A stretch of 63,419 nucleotides of DNA, counting the filler, from an uncultured Methanosarcinales archaeon (GTDB lineage: Archaea; Nanobdellota; Nanobdellia; Woesearchaeales; CAYZNE01), in the NCBI GenBank assembly GCA_964405295.1. It is 3 parts of 3 records of this genome, joined end to end, with 100 filler letters (N's around TTAATTAATTAA, not from the genome) between each part and the next. Parts side by side here need not be neighbours in the genome. Positions count along the whole stretch, not along the records: positions 53,124 to 63,419 come from CAYONI010000015.1; 2 more parts are not named here. One strand, given 5' to 3'. The translations under genes and the position numbers were made by a program. Position 1 is the first letter of the stretch; each line of letters opens with the position of its first letter. This document shows positions 58,110 through 63,419 of the stretch, piece by piece. A model generated the notes under the pieces. That model had not been told where the DNA came from. It saw only the letters and a program-made list of their open reading frames with translations, and ran no database searches.

Positions 58110-58712
58110 TTAAAGAACTACGTTAGCTCCAAGAGCAACGGCAGTCATAACAGCATCGTTAGCCCCTACAACTCCAGTTCCAAGAGTAATCCCTTGAACT
58201 GCTAAGTTCTCTGTCGGTATAGCAACACCATTGATGTCGCTAACTCTAGTAACATATCCACCCGAAACATAGACGCTATATCCAGTTACAGATGTATCAG
58301 TTGCAGTAGTAATAGTAGTCGCAGTTACAGAAGCTACAGTATAAGTACTGTTTAAACTTGCATCTCCTGTTAGGTCGTCTGCTACGGCTACAACCTTAAT
58401 TGTATCACCAGCCGCAAATCCGAATTTAGACGTTTCATTAACCGTCAAAACCCCCGGAGATGCATTTGTGAAGCCAGAAATGACTGCACCAACTGCTGTT
58501 GATTGTGATAGGGGAGTAAAGCCGTTACTTGTTGTAACACTTCCGTCTCCTACTAATACGAAATAAGCGTCTGACATTGAGCTGTCCCAATACCATTGCG
58601 CGCCATTCGTTACGTCAGTTACAGTGATTTGACCTACTGCAAAACCAACAGACTCATTCCTAGCAACCGCAGTCGCAGGATTAGTCCATGTCCAAACTTT
58701 CATCTGTGTCAT
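58110..58712 (-). CDS. Capsid decoration/minor structural protein with FCCH-like domain
   Basis: Directly after the MCP gene; ISGFTNASPGVLT...GFAAGD.I...YTV repeat. Confidence 0.65.
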   Translation of the reverse strand: MTQMKVWTWTNPATAVARNESVGFAVGQITVTDVTNGAQWYWDSSMSDAYFVLVGDGSVTTSNGFTPLSQSTAVGAVISGFTNASPGVLTVNETSKFGFAAGDTIKVVAVADDLTGDASLNSTYTVASVTATTITTATDTSVTGYSVYVSGGYVTRVSDINGVAIPTENLAVQGITLGTGVVGANDAVMTAVALGANVVL

Positions 58713-58724
58713 ATAATTCTCCTA

Positions 58725-59666
58725 TTAACTGTGGGTTGACATTAAATTAAGCATAAATGCATCATTTAGTATTCTTGCTACAAATGGGTGTTGCCAACCA
58801 ACTGACCCTCTTTGATGCAATGGATCTGCACTACCACCGGATCCAAGAGGTTCTACATAGAAGTCTCCTGTTTCAGATTTTAGATGCACAACTGCATACG
58901 CTTCTTTACCAACAATGATGTTGTTATACACCGGTGTTGCAGCAGAACTTACAGAGCCTGCACTCGTGTAAAGCCATCTGACATTGCCAGTAGAGCCCCA
59001 TTCTGAGTCTAAAACTGTCTGCATGGAAGAATAATTACTTGTATTTTGGAAGCCGGCTACAGCTTCTAAATCATCTAAAAGATCAGTATCTAAGTAACCC
59101 CAGAACGCTGGTCTAACAGGAGCTGTTGCATACGCACTAGTTCCTTTTACAACCTCTGAAATCATTTCTGCATCGTTTCCAAGCAAAGTTTTAACCGCAG
59201 AATCGATATCCGTTTTCGTTAATTCTGTTGGAGTTGATCCGTTGATACCATTGCTACATTGGAGCACTGATGTTGTACTTGCTAAAACATCACGAGTTAC
59301 TTCGTCCATTGTTTGAGCTAGATTTTGTGATAAAAGCCTTGCAGACTCATTGAGGACCCTGTCCTCCACGGTAAGCTGAACTTGGTTTGTTATTGTTACG
59401 AAATTTCCGTAAAACGATACTCTAGCTTTGATATCAGATGCTGATAGAGGAGCTCCTGGAGGAGTTCTACCATCGATTAATGGAATAGGCACTGTGTCTA
59501 ATTTCGAGTATCTTCTAAATACAATGGTGTCACCATTTTTTTCGGGCAAAATTCTACGCTGGGCAAATTTCGTATGGATAAGCGTTGGATACGCTGTCAT
59601 CAATAAAAGCCTGTCGTAATATTCCCGAACCGCTGGTGGCAACACTGCTGTTGTTGTCATAGTCAT
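58725..59666 (-). CDS. Major capsid protein, N4-gp56 family
   Basis: YYDRLLL, LP.KNG.TI.FRRY, YG.F..IT, E.G....VRW, G.EAY, GS.G.ADPL.QRGSVGW. Confidence 0.93.
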   Translation of the reverse strand: MTMTTTAVLPPAVREYYDRLLLMTAYPTLIHTKFAQRRILPEKNGDTIVFRRYSKLDTVPIPLIDGRTPPGAPLSASDIKARVSFYGNFVTITNQVQLTVEDRVLNESARLLSQNLAQTMDEVTRDVLASTTSVLQCSNGINGSTPTELTKTDIDSAVKTLLGNDAEMISEVVKGTSAYATAPVRPAFWGYLDTDLLDDLEAVAGFQNTSNYSSMQTVLDSEWGSTGNVRWLYTSAGSVSSAATPVYNNIIVGKEAYAVVHLKSETGDFYVEPLGSGGSADPLHQRGSVGWQHPFVARILNDAFMLNLMSTHS

Positions 59667-59684
59667 AAAAAACTCCTAGTTTTT

Positions 59685-60359
59685 TTATCCTAAATGTCTG
59701 CTAACTGTCTGCTTGAATTCCTCGTCAGACATGTCCTTGTAACGTTTGGCTTGAGAAATAGGAGAAGTAGAACCCATGCTTGATAAACTACCCGCTTTTT
59801 GCGAGTTTGCAACTATGCGTTGTGCGTCAGCATTTTTTTTACTTTTCTTATTTTCGCTCCGATAAGATTCGGAATTTTTAGCCAAATAGTAAGCAAGTTC
59901 ATAGTCTTGAGACTTCTTCAAGGTGTTTTGCAGACCTGGGTTTTGTTTCAATATATCGGGTAAATATTTTGTGATGACCTGTTGATAGTCAGGATTCTTT
60001 TGTGCCATTTTTAGCTCTTCAATCGTCATGTTGAATTGATTTGCCATGCTTCCAGAAAGCTTTTTAAACTCCCCTACCGTCATGACATCTCCATCATCTA
60101 GTCCGTCAAAATCATCTTTCGGTTTGACTGGTGATTGTTGAACTTGATTTAAGGCCAAATGATCCTTTATCATTCGCAACTCATCTTCCATCGTTTGTCG
60201 TTTCGCTCGCTCAGATTGCAGTGCAGATAAGGGGACGTTCTGTTCTTGCTGACCGTCTCCGTTGTCTGCTTGCTCTTGTTGAACTTGATTAGAATCATCT
60301 GATGGTGGAACGGCGGCTTCCAAATTTTGATCGCCCGAAACGTTAATTTCTTCATTCAT
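59685..60359 (-). CDS. Scaffolding protein
   Basis: Acidic N-terminus, VPLSALQSER.KRQ, ELAYYLAK, MSDEEF C-terminus; directly upstream of the MCP gene. Confidence 0.8.
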   Translation of the reverse strand: MNEEINVSGDQNLEAAVPPSDDSNQVQQEQADNGDGQQEQNVPLSALQSERAKRQTMEDELRMIKDHLALNQVQQSPVKPKDDFDGLDDGDVMTVGEFKKLSGSMANQFNMTIEELKMAQKNPDYQQVITKYLPDILKQNPGLQNTLKKSQDYELAYYLAKNSESYRSENKKSKKNADAQRIVANSQKAGSLSSMGSTSPISQAKRYKDMSDEEFKQTVSRHLG

Positions 60360-60436
60360 ATCGCGTGTAGCTCCTTTAACTCGCCCGTTTTGACTCCTGG
60401 TGGTTCGTCAGGTTTAATAGTCAATGTCGGCGGCAC

Positions 60437-60808
60437 TTATTTTGTTATATATGCACCTGGTATTGAAGTAGTTTCTACGACTACCTCATCACATGAATCT
60501 GCTCCAAATGCTTTTAATGCATCGTAATCAAAAGGTCTCTGTGGCATATTGACATCCCAGTGGATTGTTCCCCTGCTGTTGTCAACTTCGCCAACTATCA
60601 TCCCAACTTTTGGAAGGGGTTTTTTTGAATACGCTTTAATGTATTTTATCAAGGTGGGTTTCCCATCGACGCAAGTCTTGGATGGTTTTGCAAAGACTAC
60701 GATCCAATAAGGGTTAGTTCTGCCCTTATTAGCCTCTACGATTGCTCGTATCTCTTTGTTATCATCTTCTATAATCGCGTTGCGGGTTTCTCCAGTCTCC
60801 TGACTCAT
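60437..60808 (-). CDS. Hypothetical phage head-module protein
   Basis: AGGAG RBS; 123-aa ORF. Confidence 0.75.
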   Translation of the reverse strand: MSQETGETRNAIIEDDNKEIRAIVEANKGRTNPYWIVVFAKPSKTCVDGKPTLIKYIKAYSKKPLPKVGMIVGEVDNSRGTIHWDVNMPQRPFDYDALKAFGADSCDEVVVETTSIPGAYITK

Positions 60809-60820
60809 AAATTGTTCTCC

Positions 60821-61000
60821 TTAAATACTTCCTGGTAATGCCTGAGAAGGGTATCCCTTACTTCCGGCAGAGTATTTTTTTATTTTTCCTACATCATATT
60901 GCTCAGAATTTGTACTTATAGACTTAACAGGACTTGCCTGTGTGTTATCTTTAAGCTTCATTCCTTTTGCAGATGAACTATTACTCTTCACCTTGTCCAT
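60821..61000 (-). CDS. Small hypothetical protein (59 aa, below the ORF-track cutoff)
   Basis: MDKVKSNSSSAKGMKLKD...SKGYPSQALPGSI*; GGAGG RBS; fills the gap after the portal gene. Confidence 0.65.
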   Translation of the reverse strand: MDKVKSNSSSAKGMKLKDNTQASPVKSISTNSEQYDVGKIKKYSAGSKGYPSQALPGSI

Positions 61001-61001
61001 T

Positions 61002-63047
61002 TTAAACCTCCGAAGGTTCTTGTTGTTGTTGTTGTTGCATTTGTTGAGCAGCGATTTGCTCGCCTTGTGCTGAAATTGCTACGTCATCTTCTTTCACCTG
61101 CTCTTCTTTCATTCGACCCATTTCTTCCATTTGTGAAATAATATTCATGTATTTTGTTAGTCGGTCATCATCCATTGACTGTAATTCTTTCATTGCTCTA
61201 GCTTTATCTAACGCTGCGGAAGCTCTTGAATCGATTGCATCTGCTGCTCGAGAATCTTCCAATCCCATGTTGGCAACCGAACGAGTGAATCTTTCTTTAG
61301 AACCGGCAATTTTCTCAATTGCAGACGCTTTGTTTAGTTCTAGCTGAGATTCAAGTATTCGTTGCTGAACTTGTTGTTCTTTTTGCTGCTGTTCGGCTTG
61401 TTGTTTCTCTGTCTCTTCGATTTGTTTGTTGTACTCTGATTTGCCCTGTAGAGGAGCTGCATTAGCTAACATCTTGCCTGTTACCGGCACTCCTAGCTGT
61501 TGTAAGTCCACTAACTGTCTAAAGTAGATCTGACGTTGGCTATCTGTTAGAACACCCTCTTGGACGGTTACATCGTATTTGACAAAATCCTTGTTATAAA
61601 ACTGCTCTGTTGGCTTTTGATTGATTATTCGTTCAACTTTTTCTGGCTTCCAAGTTTGGATCATCTTGAGAGCTTTTTTAGAAATTAACTTCTGGGCATA
61701 TCGTAAATTGTCGAAAATATCTTGCAGGTTAACTATTGAGGCGCCCTGTCGTAACATCATCATGATTCCGGACTCTTGAGCATTCTCAGTCATTCCAAAC
61801 GCAGCGTCATTTACACCAACAATTGTCATTATGTCTTGATCAAATTGCTTTTGAAGTTCGAACATTCCTTGTGGTATTTGTGCTGGTGGAATTTTTTCGA
61901 TGTCGCCCGGCTGTGCACTCTCTTCTTTCCAGATGACTTTGCCTTGAGACGTTTGAAATAAAGATCTCGGATTTACAACAGAATGTTTTTTAGCCATCCA
62001 GCCTGAATTTATGCTAGAATCCAAGATGTCAATCATCTGAGATCTGCGCTTATTAGCCTCTTTTTGTGGATCTAATTGGCAACGAACCAGTGATTGTAGT
62101 TTAAGAGCCCAAGAATCTGATTCTGGTTCGAAAATCCCTACTAATGGAACGAACGGGTATTCATTTAAGCCGAACTGGTTACGCTCTGTGCGCATAAGCT
62201 GGTCGTTAACTATAATATGGCAGTCGACGTATCTTTTAGGCCGCTGTATGACCTTTAACTGGGGGTATTGTTGCACGAAATTCTTTAAGCCTTCGGAGTC
62301 ACCGTCCCACTCTGTAAACTCTCCGGTCTCTTCATCCACAATAGTTGGAACTTTTTCCCAGCCCTGCTTATAAAATTCATTGTAAGAAACGAAATCTTCG
62401 CCATTCGGCTGTCGCTGGTACGGTAGCCATGTAAATTTATCATCACGGGCTAAGCCCTGCTTGGTTAGCTCATCAATGTCTTTTTCTTGTCCCGGTAAAA
62501 GAGAGGAGGCTTGCTGTCTAGATAGATATTTTCGTTTGATAATATATCCACAATCTGAAAAATCCAGTTGTGTAAAATAGGGATCAGTTATAAAGCCAGA
62601 GTATGGCTCTCGTCCAAATTTGATATCACCGTTTACTGGGTCATCTCTGTAGTCCATCCATATACTCAATAGATTGAATCCAGTTTTTAGAGCCCCCCCG
62701 AAAGCTTCCGAAATAAATTTATATCCGTCGCCTGCATTTAAAGCGAAAAGAAGCAATTGTGATAATTGATCAGCTCCAAGTTGGTCTGAATCTTCGGTTG
62801 GAATTACAACAGAACTCAAACGATGTTTTCTTTGATATCCTGTTAAAAGATTTATGTTTCTGCGAATATAATTGAAAACAAGAGCGTTGCGACCTTCTTC
62901 GAATAGCTTCTGTTTTTCTTGTTCGTTCCATTGATCGCCCAAATAGGCTCGTAAATCAGTATCGGCTAATGGATAAAAGGGATTCCATGCTAAATAAGCA
63001 TCTTCGTATAGATCATTGTACTCTCGCACAATAGAATTATCTGACAT
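61002..63047 (-). CDS. Portal protein, P22-like
   Basis: D.R.Y.GDQW, L.FN.I...IN...GYQR, DP, YPFVP, DPQ...NKR.S, G.N.A.FG, SG, KYDV.V; Q-rich coiled-coil tail. Confidence 0.93.
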   Translation of the reverse strand: MSDNSIVREYNDLYEDAYLAWNPFYPLADTDLRAYLGDQWNEQEKQKLFEEGRNALVFNYIRRNINLLTGYQRKHRLSSVVIPTEDSDQLGADQLSQLLLFALNAGDGYKFISEAFGGALKTGFNLLSIWMDYRDDPVNGDIKFGREPYSGFITDPYFTQLDFSDCGYIIKRKYLSRQQASSLLPGQEKDIDELTKQGLARDDKFTWLPYQRQPNGEDFVSYNEFYKQGWEKVPTIVDEETGEFTEWDGDSEGLKNFVQQYPQLKVIQRPKRYVDCHIIVNDQLMRTERNQFGLNEYPFVPLVGIFEPESDSWALKLQSLVRCQLDPQKEANKRRSQMIDILDSSINSGWMAKKHSVVNPRSLFQTSQGKVIWKEESAQPGDIEKIPPAQIPQGMFELQKQFDQDIMTIVGVNDAAFGMTENAQESGIMMMLRQGASIVNLQDIFDNLRYAQKLISKKALKMIQTWKPEKVERIINQKPTEQFYNKDFVKYDVTVQEGVLTDSQRQIYFRQLVDLQQLGVPVTGKMLANAAPLQGKSEYNKQIEETEKQQAEQQQKEQQVQQRILESQLELNKASAIEKIAGSKERFTRSVANMGLEDSRAADAIDSRASAALDKARAMKELQSMDDDRLTKYMNIISQMEEMGRMKEEQVKEDDVAISAQGEQIAAQQMQQQQQQEPSEV

Positions 63048-63155
63048 TCATTCCTCGCGTGTAGCGACTCTACCCATTGCTGGGGTGGTCAAGAGTCTTC
63101 AAATAAGAGGGGCGGAAGTGCTAGCCGTCTTCCTACCAAACGGATCTTTAGTCCG

Positions 63156-63353
63156 CTATGGATTCCCTAAGTTTAGCTTTTGTTTTTCTTTACCTGTAAC
63201 AGGCGTTAGATCGATTTCGTAGCCTGTTTTGCCTTCGATTAGATCTTCAACGGCCTCTTCTGCGAAATTATCTGGATGCTCTGTTTGCCAACTCATAAAG
63301 GTGTTACAACCCGTCAAGGTTAACAGTAAACATGCTAAAAATAGTTTCTTCAT
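63156..63353 (-). CDS. Small lipoprotein
   Basis: MKKLFLACLLLTLTG/C lipobox; PDNFAEE.VED.IE.KTG.EIDLTP. Confidence 0.75.
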   Translation of the reverse strand: MKKLFLACLLLTLTGCNTFMSWQTEHPDNFAEEAVEDLIEGKTGYEIDLTPVTGKEKQKLNLGNP

Positions 63354-63419
63354 TTTTGTCCCCGTTTTATTGTATTATACTACAAATTTCAATTAATTTA
63401 TATGCGTATTAAAGTGCAA

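Larger units (their letters stand above)
53124..63419 (-). mobile_element. Podovirus-like phage contig (P22-like portal, N4-gp56-family capsid)
   Basis: Gene order portal-scaffold-MCP-decoration-adaptor-fibre-nozzle; AGGAG RBSs. Confidence 0.9.

Noticed and set aside
61020..61040. (TGT)n microsatellite
   Set aside because: It encodes the poly-Q tail typical of P22-like portal C-termini.
31830..63419. Alternative genetic code in the phage contigs
   Set aside because: Genes are full length and tightly packed under code 11, with TAA, TAG and TGA all used as stops.

Overview
The window is a composite of three unrelated pieces joined by artificial 100-nt linkers (44 N + TTAATTAATTAA + 44 N at 31730-31829 and 53024-53123). 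(1) 1-31729 is an AT-rich archaeal chromosome segment, most likely DPANN/Woesearchaeota-like. It encodes uL16/L10e, TBP, MCM, an RPA-like protein, archaeal TIM, TruD, TrmJ, a TrmB-family regulator, a GT4-GH57-DUF5752-GT3 glycogen module, pilin-like proteins, three paralogous membrane proteins and a 1721-aa Cys-rich surface protein. (2) 31830-53023 is the nearly complete virion morphogenesis region of a bacterial myovirus (DUF1073 portal, DUF2213 protease/scaffold, DUF2184 capsid, DUF3383 sheath), with a ParB-MTase and an SSB resembling those of environmental chlamydiae. (3) 53124-63419 is the head/tail module of a podovirus-like phage (P22-like portal, N4-gp56-family capsid). The strongest unexplained signals are non-coding: a 19-bp G.U-containing 5'/3' fold-back that encloses the whole GT4 gene, an ORB-containing candidate replication origin upstream of tbp-mcm-rpa with no cdc6 nearby, a triple palindromic operator upstream of an HTH plus surface-protein unit, and a bulged-hairpin plus GCUACACGCGA leader shared by the podovirus portal and scaffold genes. 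All family calls come from motif recognition, not database searches.
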